Shown: one piece after another, positions 14,503-27,606 of the stretch | Layout: each line of letters opens with the position of its first letter | Position numbering within the stretch: position 1 is the stretch's first letter | Assembly (NCBI GenBank): GCA_951406725.2 | Contig: OX597821.1 | Span: forward strand, 9,362,001-9,426,000 | Source: Octopus vulgaris | Lineage: Eukaryota | Length of the DNA stretch: 64,000 bases | Direction of reading: 5' to 3' | Translations under genes and position numbers: made by a program | The notes under the pieces: model-generated | The model's input: only the letters and a program-made list of their open reading frames with translations | Told to the model about the DNA's origin: nothing | Databases searched by the model: none

Positions 14503-15319
14503 CATTTGAAAAAAGAAAAATATGTCTTCTAATCAGCTTAACTTCGTAATATAAATTATATATTTTGGTTTGAAGAAATATGAACAAATGTGTAAAACTT
14601 ACATTACTAAAAAAATCAAGAAATAATAAGTTTAGCTGATTAGAACTACGTGTGAAAGCATTCGTTTTATTTTTTCAAACATACCAAACTATGCCAAGGA
14701 CCTTGGACATTTTCCAATATCTATACATTTGAATTTGACATGGGCGATTGTTTCTTGTCTTGGCATTTATGGTCAAAACGGCTGGGTGGGATTGCGCGAA
14801 AATTTATAGAGATGTGTTGAATGATTCGGTGGTGATGCAGGACTTTGTATTATTTTCATAGCTCCCATGGTTATTGAGATAATCTACTATAATAATACTT
14901 TTGTGTTTATGAATGAGAAAGGAAGGGGGATAGATGAGTAAGGAAGGATGAGGGTGATGTCATACTTGGTAGTGGGATGATGAAAATTGTCGCTGAAATA
15001 ATAAATCAAACAACGTTTCAACAATGTGTGAATATATGTGTGTATGTAAAAGGGGGTTATGTGAATGTGTGTGTATGCGTGTGTGTGTGTGTTTGTGTTT
15101 GGTTCACCTTTGTTTGCTTAGTATTTTAGTTTATTTTTTGATTTGGTTGAATGATGGAATTATTTTGTTGGTCAGTTATTTTTACCGTTTTGACAGAAAA
15201 AAGTATTTCATATTTTTTTTTTAACGCAAGCTTGATCAAACAAATCGAATGCTTATACAGAGCACGTTTTACAGCCACATCATCCAAAACGTCCGGGTGA
15301 TACCGGGCTTAGCTGCTAG
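14490..15319 (+). mobile_element. Probable non-autonomous Helitron
   Basis: 3' hairpin (CCGGGTGATACCGG) followed by GCTGCTAG|T at 15316-15319. The 5' TC is presumably inside the (TATC)n tract. Confidence 0.5.
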
Positions 15320-15339
15320 TATCTATGTATCTATGTATG

Positions 15340-15431
<92 letters not shown>

Positions 15432-15610
15432 CGTCAATATGAGGGTAATAAATTAAAATAATTAAAACACATAAAGAACTGCTTCACCTCTTCAAGCAAC
15501 GTTGCTTTTTAACCCACTATATATATATATGTACATGTATGTATGTATATACACACATATACACATGTATGTATATACACACATACACACATACACACAA
15601 ACACACACAC

Positions 15611-15683
<73 letters not shown>

Positions 15684-15904
15684 TATGCATGTGTTTGTGT
15701 TTATGTGTAGGTTGAGAGAAAATTATATGATTATTGAAAATCTTTCACATTATATCTAAAGACGTCTTCACGCAATACCATGTATGGGCGATCGGTTTCG
15801 CGTACATGTATGAATGTTTCAGTATTACGTATGTACGGATGTATTTGACCTTGCATTCATGTGTATATAATATCATACGTCGCTATATATATATATATAT
15901 ATAA

Positions 15905-16045
15905 TCCTGTGTGGATTGTTTTCGAGTATTTTGGTTTTTCTGGGAGTCCCTTTTTAAAGTAGAAGAAATAGCTAACGGTTTTTGGCTGCTATTTCTAAAC
16001 TTCGGTATGTGGTAAAGCAAATCTTTACTGGACCCTAATTATTAA

Positions 16046-16046
<1 letters not shown>
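15905..16046 (+). mobile_element. Diverged terminal fragment of the family forming the 27371-28768 array
   Basis: Reverse complement aligns with the unit start (CAGTAAA..TTTGCTTTACCACATACCGAA..AGAAATAGCAGC..AGCTATTTCT). Flanked on both sides by (TA)n. Confidence 0.6.
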
Positions 16047-16088
<42 letters not shown>

Positions 16089-17417
16089 TGTATGTACATA
16101 TATATATATATATATAATCTTTTACGTAGCTGTATATGTTTATGTGTGTGTGTCTGTGTATGTGTTTGTATTTGTGTATCGATGTAACATAGCATTGCTT
16201 TTCCAGCATTTCACCGATCTTTGTTACTAAGTATATTTGCTTTTCGCTCTTTACACTGACTGCGACCTTTACACACCAGCTTTCCTCACCTCACTTTTAT
16301 CGCATTCCTCCTGCTTCTCTATCCCCATCGACTTCTAATTCGTAATTCAGTCCTTGTCTTATTTTTGTTTTGTATTTACACAACGTATTCCTGCAAACAC
16401 ATGTCCACCTCTGTCCAGCGCTGTCTCACTCTCTCTCCTCTCTTGTTTCTGTCTATTTCTCTCTCCTTGCTTGTTATTCACATCTAAACACCAACCATCA
16501 ATCAAGCGATGAAGTTCCGTTTTCTCTTTGTAAAAGTTCAACCCATTAGGATGGATAACAAAATAACAAAACAGTATCCAGATGTCAGCAGCAACGGTTC
16601 TCAAGAGAATCGAAACAACTCTGGTAGGAATTAAATTCAATGAATCCTGCTTAACTTCGTTTCCTATTCAAAGAACGGATCACTTACAATACAAGGAAGA
16701 GTTTCATCGAAACGAATTTCCCAGAAAACACTACAAGTTTCTACGGGAGACAGTTGAAGCGAATCATAAGCAGGAGGGATTAGAATATTGACACAAAAAT
16801 ACAAGACAATTTGAAGACAAACGAACTGAAGGAAAATAAGTCTAATCCTAAAACGTAAAAAAGAAACAAATAATATCAATTGACACGGACAACGGAAGTA
16901 TTTGTAATTTACGAGAGGTAGAAATAGCAGCAAAAATATACAAATATGTCTGTACTCTTGTGTATGTATATCGGATTAATAATTCCAATATTTGGTAAGC
17001 AATTTTACGAAGGTAAGCCGAGAAATATATTTATTAAATGATTTGTCTTATTTATATTCGATTTGGATGTATGTAGAAATTTACAGATACATTCGCAAAC
17101 AACCGCAATTATACAATCGAAACCGAATACACACAAACACACACACACACGCACACACGCACGCGCGCGCACACGCACACAGATCAATAACAAATGATTT
17201 GACTTTCAAATTTTGCATTTCAAACTTTAGTGAAAAAGACATGTGGGTTTGGTGCGCATGAAAAATCTTAAACACCTAGTCAACCAGATGTGTACTGTCG
17301 CCAATACATGTAGTTTTAATTGTAATTTCACTTCGTTGCATTCTCACTGACACAGACTCATGTATATAATTACACGCACACACACACACATATAAACATA
17401 TATTCTTTACATTTATT

Positions 17418-17604
17418 CCTTTACTTGTTTCAGCCATTTGACTGCAGCCATGCTGGAGCACGACTTTTAGCCGAACAAATCGACCCCGAGACTTATTCTA
17501 TCGGTTCTTTCGCAGAACCGCCAAGTTGCGGGGACGTAACCACACCAACATCGGTTGTCAACCGATGGTGGGGTAACAAACACAGACACAAATACAAATA
17601 CATA

Positions 17605-17645
<41 letters not shown>

Positions 17646-17756
17646 CGGAAAGGTTTACGAAAATAAACAAAAGACGAAGGCAGGTGGAGTACAAACAAAT
17701 AATGTATTACTATGGCGCTCAGGAATAGAAATAAAACAAGTCTTTTACGTTTCGAG

Positions 17757-17825
<69 letters not shown>

Positions 17826-17985
17826 TATTACACTACTAGCTTCTTTCAATTTTCATCTACCATATCCACTCTCAAGACCTCGGTAGGCCCGGCCGAGGCA
17901 ATAGCAGAAACACTTTCCTAAGTTATCCCGCATTTGAACCAAATTCAGAATCACGTGGTTGGAATGATAGCTTGTTACCACAAAG
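17418..17985 (-). mobile_element. Diverged tRNA-SINE copy interrupted by a PLE-like fragment
   Basis: Same tail and head as 6400-6811. 17642-17760 is a foreign segment within its TA tract. Confidence 0.75.
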
Positions 17986-18028
17986 CGACACATACAAACA
18001 CACACGCATGTATATATTGATGTGTTTT

Positions 18029-18066
<38 letters not shown>

Positions 18067-18871
18067 AGCGTCGCTTTGTGTATGTTTATATCTTTCGCTG
18101 ATGCATATCTGTGTGAGATTCAAAATGACAGAAAACCCATCACTTATAGAAAGGAGGCATATTACATACACTCTCCAGATATCCTTGTTTTCAGAAACAG
18201 AGTAATAGAATGGTTGCCCATGGGAATTATGTTAATCAATACGTTACTATAGAGTACACGTAATTTATATCTTTTCAGTTTCGAAAAGGTAGCCATGAAT
18301 AAACTGCTTTCTGGGCGCCGGTCTGTCAGGTTTTATCCTGTAGCAGCACTTGTGAGGATATGTCCAGCTAAGTTTCTAAAAAGCTTGTAGTAACTTTTTA
18401 AGAATGCATGGCTTCACATTTCTTAACACCCATATTACGTAAATAACACCGATCTAGGTGCGCGACGGTTAGAACCATTGCCATGTATAGCCTCTTTTCA
18501 AGGAGTAAACATCTGGAACGGACACAGCTATGCATCTCCTCCAAGTTTCTTATAGGTCCGCCAATACCCAGCCATAGTTTGACACATATCTTACTGACAC
18601 TAAATGTATAAAGTCAAAATTTAACTGGAAGATTAATGAGAAAAGGACGAGGAGTATGAGAAGTAATACCGCATGGCATCCCATTTAATTATCTTCTTTC
18701 CTATTCTTTATGGAAAAATATGGGTAAATGAACTTTTGTGCATCAATATGTTCGCGCGCGCGCGCGTGTGTATGTATGTATGCATGTATGTATGTATGCA
18801 TGCATGTATGTCTGTGTGCACGGCCTTTTTTTTTATTTGTTATCAGTGAGTATCATTTTATGTCTTTGTAG

Positions 18872-20065
18872 GTCATCGCTCAAATACGTTTAACTCGTCT
18901 GCTTCGTTTCCTAGTCATCTGAAATTTAAGGATGGATATCATCAGGATAGAGTATTTGCTACAGATATCAAACCAAGAACTGACTCCACGAGAACGACAC
19001 CAACAAAGAGAGTAAGAAGGAAAAGGATGACTATATCTACATCGAAAATAACACTATCATTAAAATTAAGGAATAGAACACTTACAATTCCAGAACATGC
19101 GAAACATAGCATTTCAAGGTATCCAGTATCCAACATAAGATCTTCACCATTATCATCTTCATCATTATCATCATCATTATTATCATGGCAGCCCCAGTCG
19201 CCAACGCTATCGTCTTCTTTATTAACAGCACAATTACTGTTCACTCCACCTTCTACCACTTCTTCCATTCCGTCCAACAACTCTAACTACTCATTAACAA
19301 GCCTGTCCTCAACATCTTCACCGTCAAGATCGCAATTATCATTTCATCTGTCAACAGAAAAGACCAAATTGAAACTGAGTCAAACGTTCAACAGATCTTT
19401 TACAAATGATTTAGAACTCGTATACCCAATCATAAGAAATAAAAAGTCAACAATGTCTAAAGCAACATTCACAGCTGAAGACAGGTTGCCAAGTGAATTA
19501 AGGCAATCTAATAGTAATGAGAGCTTTATCTACTCTAATAACTCCAAAATGCCAAGTCGAATTAATATATCTATGATAACAACAACACTTCCAAATAATT
19601 CGACGGTTTCTTACAATTCAAGTGAACTTAAAACAACCACCAACAAAACAGCTGAAGAACCGATACAAAGAGAAACAACAGGTCTTATAAACAATATCAA
19701 CACTGATGTTGCTCTTGCTCATTCTCAAACTTCATGCCGAATGAAATTGACAACAAATGAAGGAGTGATTGTAAATCGGGGTTACCCTTATGCATATGCA
19801 AGCTTCGAAAGCTGCGAATGGAAAGTACAAATTTCTCGTGATTTTCGCATCAAAGTGATTTTTGAAGATTTAGATTTAGAATTTAATAAAGACGTTCTCG
19901 AAATTACGTTCGTTGATGAGAGCAAACGGTTCTTTCGCACTTATACAGGTAGAAAATTACCACCTCCTATGGTTCTTGATACTGATCATCTGACCTTTGT
20001 TTTCCGTTCCGACAGTAAAGGATATGGGAGAGGATTTTACATACGTTTCGAACAGACTCACCAAG
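18872..20065 (+). CDS. Exon of multi-CUB-domain cell-surface/secreted protein: furin site, mucin-like stalk, CUB1
   Basis: Acceptor tctttgtag|, donor CAAG|gtaag, phase 1-1, open frame throughout. GHRSNTF...KRVRRKR, S/T-rich region, then CRMKLTTNEGVIVNRGYPYAY...CEWKV...FEDLDLE..KDVLEI...FRSDSKGYGRGFYIRF. Confidence 0.92.
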
Positions 20066-21159
20066 GTAAGTCGTCATGAATGTTTTTATGCTTGCAATTC
20101 TTCCTGAGAAATTAGGTGTTAGTTAAATACGTAGATATTTCTTTCCTTTCCCAAGAAAGCAATAATCAACTCATTCGAATGCACATCTATGCATTTGTTT
20201 ATATAAATGTATTTATATAAAGGTATACAAACGAATGTAAATGGATTATTAATATATGCAATACAAATATGAATACAGAAATATTGTCCATTATCGTTTC
20301 GCTCCACTTTACGTATGAAATAGTTCATCATCAAGTTCTTGTTTGATTCTGAAAGTATTAGTGTTCTTTATTCTTTTAAAATTATAATGGCGGGGCTACT
20401 TCAATGAGATTTAAATGATATTTCTGTTGTTGAAAAGGCCACTGAACTTCCCACATGCCAAATTCCTAATTACAAATAACAAAACTTAGGGGTGTATGAA
20501 ATTAAACGTTGCCTGGCTAAAATTCCGAATCTTTTCATTATATTACAAATAAAATATACTCAATCACTAAACATTGTATCTGTAAAAAATAGGGTTAGTT
20601 CTGCCACGTTTACCAATTTTATAACGTTGAAAGATATACTTTTCAAACGAACGATAAAGGTGTATCCTAAGTCATCAAAAAGAAAATACAAATCGGAAAC
20701 ACAAACGATTATTTCATTAATTTGGAAGATCATTGTTGTGAAAGCATCAGTTTCAGTTTTGCGAAACATTCCATTCATGATATGGAACCCGTATCAGGAC
20801 CTAATTTTCTGTTTTGCTTCTCACTTCTAACAAAAGCTACATAAACCGATTAGTACTTCACTGTCGTCGTCCTCCGATATATGCGCTCATACACACACGC
20901 ATACACACGCGCACACACGCACACGCGCACACACATATACTCACACCCCAGCGTGCTCACACACACATATAGACACACTCTTGATGCTTCTTACTGCATT
21001 AACAACACAAGCATCTTCATTGCGTCTGTTTTATATAAACGGCAAGCTTCTTACGCATTTCGCTTCCCCTATCTTTGCATACTGTCACTCCCGAAATCCA
21101 AAAGCTTCAATACCCATTTCACAATTTCCAGATCGCAAACACGATGTCATCTACAAACC

Positions 21160-21680
21160 GACGTCCCCTGATCTAGTCATACTTCACTGTGTTGCATTCC
21201 CACCTAATTCCTTATCTAGGTAATCGTTGATGTTGCGTGATTTCCTTCTTCTTCTTTTAAACTATGTCCAGTATTTTATATTCGATGAACATACTTTCTC
21301 CACTTTCGGGCGGAAACGTATTATTCGTGACATTTTAGTCCATAGCTTCTCTACACCTACTAACACGAATCCAGGACATTTACACTGAGGTCCGTCTCAT
21401 GCACCTTACAACCAGAAAGGTAATGGTATCATTGGACCATAAGAATTTTGCTTTCTGATTATTTAACCTGCGGCACTAGAGATGTTATTAACTTGACTGT
21501 CTGTTTAGTGATCTCATATATTGGAAAAACACCAGCTATGGTTTATCGGATTGTCGCAACAACGATTTCTGTTAAATGTTTTTAAAAACCGATTCATTGA
21601 TAGCTGGGTTGCAACTCAAGCCGTCTGGATTCTATGGTGTTATATCCAACAATAGTACGATCCCGATCATACAGAATTAC
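21160..21680 (+). mobile_element. Highly decayed Penelope-like GIY-YIG endonuclease region
   Basis: Remnants resembling IRDILVHS, LTCGTRDVI and SYIGKT, typical of PLE C-termini. Many frameshifts. Confidence 0.45.
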
Positions 21681-22721
21681 CACTATACATTGCATTCCAG
21701 CCTTCCTCTTTGCGCTCCTTCATAATACATCATATACAACTCATTGACCACACAGTATCATATGTATCTGTACCACAACAGTCTGAAAGTACCATAATAC
21801 AGTACTGCACTGACTACTCAAATTCGGATGCATAGTATGCGCACTGTATCGCCTTAGCCCAGAACCAAACCCACTGAAACTAACCTCCACTGCCGATATT
21901 TCTAAACGTAACACATCACAGGCACATCACGTCAGGTACCTGCCCCATCGTTTAATACTAAGCAATTTTATACATTCATGATATGACATAACTTTATTCC
22001 ATCATATATAGTTATAAATATTACTAAAAAAATGTGTACCTCTTTGTTCTGCTCGTGTGTTTCCATCTGTGTGTATCTATCCGATTGTACGTATACGTAT
22101 ATGGTATATATATTCCAATGTTAACTGGATATTGTACTATATAATAGTACAAGAGAAGAACATATACACAACTAAAGAAAATAACCACTATTTTCATATG
22201 CTATATGCTATATTATTATACCACAAAAATGCATTAAATGGTCGTTAAAGAAAATATCACCCGACTATATCTGAATTCATTGAGGAGACGCCAAAACGGA
22301 GAATTATACTACACATCCTGAAATCTGCATACTCAAATATCAAAATAATTCCAAGACCACCACATACACTACCATATCCTTATAACTATTACTTCCTCAC
22401 TTTCCATCACCTTCTACTCCTCCCCACCAAATACAAACAGAAATGCCCACATACCACAATCAAAACTCTAATTGGTCAAAATTGTTAAGCCTCCATTTGT
22501 GCCATATCTCCCGAAGAAATGAATGCAGGAACACCATATAGCCGATGTCCATGGATGCTACATAGTGTATTATTAATCTTCTAAGGAATACGGACTGTCC
22601 TTTCAAGAAAAGCGTAATTTGTTTCTATGAAAATATCATTTCTGACGATTCAAACAAAAAGCAAGAGTTATAAAAGCCATTCCCACGCAAGCATACACAC
22701 AAGCACACACATACGTATATT

Positions 22722-22947
22722 CTTTTACTCTTTCACTTGTTTCAGTCATTTGACTGCGGCCATGCTGGAGCACCGCCTTTTAGTCAAGCAACTTGACCCC
22801 GGAACTTATTCATTTTGTAAGGCCAGTACTTATTCTATCGGTCTCTTTTGCCGAACCGCTAAGAAACGGGGACGTAAACTCACCAGCATCGGTTGTCAAG
22901 CAATGCTAGGGAGACAAACACAGACACACAAACACACACACACATAC

Positions 22948-23007
<60 letters not shown>

Positions 23008-23172
23008 TACGACAGGTTTCTTTCAGTTTCCGTCTACCAAATCCACTCACAAGGCTTTGGTCGGCCCGGGGCTATAGCAGAAGACACTTGCTCAAGATGC
23101 CACGCAACGGGACTGAACCCGGAACCATGTGGTTGGTAAGCAAGCTACTTACCAAACAGCCACTCCTGCGCC
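22722..23172 (-). mobile_element. tRNA-derived SINE
   Basis: High identity to 6400-6811. Confidence 0.85.
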
Positions 23173-24216
23173 TCATATACACATATGTATATTCTTTATA
23201 CATATAATACTGAATTTGATTCATACATGCATTTTTATATCAGTTTTCAAACGAACAAGTTCAATATTTAATATTAAGTAATCTATAATCTCCAAAACAT
23301 ATATTTGTAAAAAGAGCATTTAAATATACCTATTTTGAAGATAAGTGTGGGGCAAAATACAAAGATACCAATCATGACCCCACAAAAATGTTTAAATCGC
23401 AGACCAATTGCTCCAAAAAGTATCTAAGCATCAGCTTTTAAAACTAGCATTAATCAGAAAAGTATATGTAAATATATTTGGGGGCACCGAATTCTAGTTG
23501 TATAAATATAAAAGAAACGTTATGGTGGAAAAGATTTTGTGATATATTTTCCGTTCAATAAAGAAGTACAAAATCTTACGGAACTAAATTTGCTTATGGA
23601 TTCTCTTTCTGTTTTGAATGCATGAGTCATCTTCAATAATAAAGACTGTCATAACGTTGGACAACAAGGACATGCCATTACGCATACACCTTACATACAA
23701 ATACATACATACGTGTATGTATACTACAACCCCACCTTCCCTATCCTTCCACATCTCACGACATCTAACCCCTTACACCCACACCCGCATACCCCACCTT
23801 TACCCCACCCTCAACCTACCCACACCCTACATTTGCTTTCCCCAGTCCCGCCTCCCCCCACCCACAAATAATATCACACCACACTACACACCACTACACC
23901 TTACACCACCCACAAAACACATCACATCACAACACACGACCACACACACATTTGCACTGCCCACTTCCCAGACCCACATTTTCACACATACACACACACA
24001 CACAAGCACACGTCAAGATCACCAGCCCTCATCCACACGCACATACAAACTCTCTTATACACACGCGCGAGCACCTTCGTTTCGGGATCACCACAACTTT
24101 GTTATCTCCCCTTCTCCTTAGCTCTCCTGTGTGACTGTTCTGCTCTGCCTTCACCATGATAGATCGCTAGCCACTACACATTCTTTATTTTCTCCCCCGT
24201 TTTCTTTCTGTCTCCC

Positions 24217-24250
24217 TTTCTGTGGAAGAGCGTATGCTCGAAACGTTAAA
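24217..24250 (+). ncRNA. Minimal hammerhead-like motif (CUGUGGA core variant)
   Basis: UUU-CUGUGGA-a-GAGC guau GCUC-GAAA-cg-UU-AAA. Downstream sequence is homologous to the minus-strand fragment at 17642-17760. Confidence 0.45.
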
Positions 24251-24393
24251 TACTTTTTCACTCCCCGAGCGTCATACTAATACCTCGGTTTGTTGTCTAC
24301 AGCACCTGTCTTCGTCTTTTGTTTTCTTTTGTGAATTCTTCCCCTACATACATAGCGATGGACATCGGTTATTCTTTCTCCTTTCTTCCTCCT

Positions 24394-24628
24394 AGGCGCA
24401 AGAGTGGTTGTGTGGTAAGTAGTTTGCTTACCAACCACATGGTTTCGGGTTCAGTCCCACTGGGTGACACCTTGGGCAAGTGTCTTCTACTATAACCTCC
24501 GTCCGTCCACCATCACTTCACAGCCGATGTTGGTGTGTTTATGTCCCTGTAACGTAGCAGTACGGCAAAAGGGACCGATAGAATAAGTACTAAGCTTACA
24601 TGGAATAAGTCCTTGGTTCGATTTATTC
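24394..24628 (+). mobile_element. Internally deleted tRNA-SINE
   Basis: Head AGGCGCAAGAGTGGTTGTGTGGTAAG...GGTTCAGTCCC joined to a tail segment. Confidence 0.75.
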
Positions 24629-24785
24629 ATACATACGTACATACATACTAAAAACCAATCCATTCTTGTTGCTTCTTTCTCGTTTATATATATATACTAA
24701 TATAGGATCAATTTATTTTACAGAAAAAAATGTCATAAAAAAAGTGGCAGCATATTAAAATACCTTTAAAGGTTAAAATTATAAG

Positions 24786-25022
24786 CAACTTATAAACAAG
24801 GGCAAAACAAAATTATTTCTATGCCAATATGCTGAAAACAGACTTTTAAATCGTCAAATTCCACATATTATTATATATCCACTACAGAAATACGTTGTGC
24901 TGAAATCGAGCACAACGTATTTCTGTAGTGGGTATATAATAATATATGGAAATTGACGATTTAAAAGTCTGTTATGAACATATTGGCATAGAAATAATTT
25001 TCTTTTGCCCTTGTTTATAAGT

Positions 25023-25024
<2 letters not shown>
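24786..25024. repeat. Long palindrome, ~116-bp arms, 7-nt loop, adjacent to (TA)n
   Basis: 24786-24901 is the near reverse complement of 24909-25024. Confidence 0.9.
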
Positions 25025-25055
<31 letters not shown>

Positions 25056-25084
25056 TCTGTTACTCTACTATTATTGTATTTGTT

Positions 25085-25218
25085 TCGAACAAATCGACCT
25101 AATCGACAAATCCAGGACCTATTCTTTGTAAGCTTAGTACATATTTTATCGGTGTCGTAACTACAAGCGATTGCGGGGTAAGGGGACAAATACAGGCACA
25201 CAAACACACACATACGCG

Positions 25219-25277
<59 letters not shown>

Positions 25278-25410
25278 GCATATATATTCGACGGGGTTCT
25301 TACAATTTCCATCTACCAAATCCACTCACAAATCTGTTGTAGATGACACTTCCCCAAGGTGCCGCGTAGTGGGACGGAACACGGAACCATGTGGTTATGA
25401 ATGAAGCTTC
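25085..25410 (-). mobile_element. Diverged partial tRNA-SINE
   Basis: Similar to the 6400-6811 family. Confidence 0.65.
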
Positions 25411-25832
25411 TTGGCCCTGCAATATAATAGGCAGTCAGCGGTTTCGAAATGCCCGAGATCTACCCCTGGAAAATTATGAGTCATATGCTGAGAGCTGCAA
25501 ATACAGTTGAAGCAATCAAGACGACTCCCTCCCGTGTAGGCCTGTTCATCCACACAGATGTTGCCCCGCCATCAGCAGCTGACACAAAATTATCCAGTCT
25601 CAGTTCCACTTTCTTTTACGACTGACGCATACTTATGATATAAATCTTGTAATGTACGTAATGAAACAAATCTTCACAGAGAGTAGTGGAACCTTTAACT
25701 GTTAAAGTGTAAAAACTGCATTATGAAATCCTCTTCGCCTTTTATCATGTAATGTAATCCATCAATAGCTATAGTATGGAAAATTGCGTAGTATGAATTG
25801 AAGTCAACCCATTTATCTTCTGTATTATATTA

Positions 25833-26188
25833 TCACGTGATCACGTGACCGACCAGACTATTATATGTTGGTACACATCGCTGGTCACAATGCGCTTCGC
25901 ATTGTTTTAGCCACCTGGCTAAACAGGTGCCAACAGAAGAGCAGGCCAACAGAACCCGAAACAGAGCAGGCCAACAAAAGAAAGAATGAAAGTTGTGGCG
26001 AAAGAGTACAGCAGGGATCGCCACCACCCCCTGACGGAGCCTCGTGGAGCTTTAGGTGTTTTTGCTCAATAAACACTCACAACACCCGGTCTGGGAATCG
26101 AAACCGCGATCCTACAACCGCGATCCTACAAACGCGATCCTACGACGGCGAGTCCGATGCCCTGACCACTGGGCCATTGTGCCTCCAC
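25833..26188 (-). mobile_element. tRNA-derived SINE (second family)
   Basis: Head GGAGGCACAATGGCCCAGTGGTCAGGGC...GGTTTCGATTCCC with an internal short tandem duplication. Confidence 0.75.
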
Positions 26189-26569
26189 GTATTAAGTGCG
26201 CAGAGTGTGTTTTTACATTCACTGTGTGATAAATATCAAAATATATTTATTTCGTATTGCATTTCTCGTTCTATTTTCTGGATATTGAATTGTGAGTATT
26301 AATATTATATTTTTTGAATACTTTATTAGTCAAATGCGCGTCAGAATGCTACAGGCATAATTGAAAGGTCTTTTTGGGAGACACATTTAATTTTTTTTTC
26401 TTACAATTTAATTTTCTGTGTTTGTTCATTAGTACAATTCAATGAATGGTGGTGTATGCTAATGAATTGCTAAGGAAGAAACATATAGATATATCAAAGA
26501 TGCTATCTTTGAAAACTACAAGAAGCGAATAATGATCTAAAGCAAATTATAACTAATGACTAATTGCAG

Positions 26570-26679
26570 AAGCTTCGGTTCATTTACTACCAAATCCATT
26601 CTGCCATGAATTATTGACATCATCAGAAGGTAGTTTGTCAACACCTGGTTATCCTCTTTGGCATTATTCAAATAGTGAG
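26570..26679 (+). CDS. Exon: N-terminal part of CUB2
   Basis: ttgcag| acceptor, GAG|gtgagt donor, phase 1-0. (E)ASVHLLPNPFCHELLTSSEGSLSTPGYPLWHYSNSE. Not in the ORF track. Confidence 0.9.
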
Positions 26680-27054
26680 GTGAGTTCATTCTTTTCATAA
26701 ACAAATAATTTTAAAAGTAGTCACGAAAAAATTTTAAATTCGCAATTTTTATACATTCAAATATTCTCGATGGATTTTCAGAAAAATCTTTTCAGAATTC
26801 TTTGATAGAAGTGTCAGTAAAGACAATAAAAGTGCAGCAGAAAACTGGATTGAGGAATCTGGTCAAACAAAATTTGTCATTGTTTACTCAGTGAACTGAG
26901 TGCAAAGTTTTCGATAATGTAAACTTAAACTATTTCTCGTTTAAATAAATCGACACATTTATTTAAACAGAATAAATTCTGCACAGAATTTACAATAGAG
27001 GAAATATATATATCAATACCATCTCATACATACCCACACTCATATATGTATATA

Positions 27055-27128
<74 letters not shown>

Positions 27129-27206
27129 TCCCGGGTTGAGTCGGGGTTAACCACAGTAAATAAGGTACTCAATACATAGCAGAGTAAATTAATTTATTTT
27201 ATAGAA

Positions 27207-27263
27207 GGAGCTTCTACAGGACTAGAACTGTTTCATTCTAAAAGAAATCATCAGGAAGCTTCC
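27207..27263 (-). ncRNA. Type I hammerhead ribozyme
   Basis: AGCUUC-CUGAUGA-u UUCU uuu AGAA u-GAAA-CAG uucuaguc CUG-UA-GAAGCU. Confidence 0.8.
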
Positions 27264-27308
27264 TGATGATTTCTTTGAATGAAACAGTTCTAGTCCTGTA
27301 GAAGCTCC
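27254..27308 (+). ncRNA. Type I hammerhead ribozyme
   Basis: AGCUUC-CUGAUGA(27263-27269)-u UUC uuu GAA u-GAAA(27281-27284)-CAG uucuaguc CUG-UA-GAAGCU. GUA cleavage is predicted after 27300. Confidence 0.8.
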
Positions 27309-27317
27309 TTCTATAAA

Positions 27318-27366
<49 letters not shown>

Positions 27367-27554
27367 ATTATATATAAGGGCTTAGTAAAATAAATTACTT
27401 TGCCACATACTGAACTCATTAGAAATAGCAGCTAAAGAAATTTCTTCAGCTATTTCTAATACTTAAAGAAGATCTCTCTCAGATAGTGTTTGCCTAAACC
27501 AACTCACAAAGGTATGGGGGAAAAAACATTAAAAAATCAAGTGCAAAGGTTATT

Positions 27555-27606
27555 TGAGAACGTACGTTTCTAGATTAGTCAATTCGACATTTCTTTCGTC
27601 AGCTCA
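27555..27606 (-). ncRNA. Type I hammerhead ribozyme (array unit 1)
   Basis: UGAG-CUGACGA-aAGAaauGUC gaauu GACuaaUCUa-GAAA-CGUACG-UU-CUCA, with palindromic stem III ACGUACGU. Confidence 0.8.

Larger units (their letters stand above)
27127..27323 (-). mobile_element. (TA)n-flanked short PLE-like element with inverted 5' end containing two hammerheads
   Basis: Palindrome 27192-27323 centred on AG|CT at 27258/27259. The 27127-27173 terminus recurs inverted at 42306-42354. Confidence 0.75.

Noticed and set aside
18942-19280. Acidic minus-strand ORF of 112 aa
   Set aside because: Antisense shadow of the Ser-rich exon on the + strand.
19027-20079. 350-aa ORF as a stand-alone gene
   Set aside because: The frame is open upstream to a splice acceptor at 18872 and there is a strong donor at 20065/20066, so it is an internal exon.
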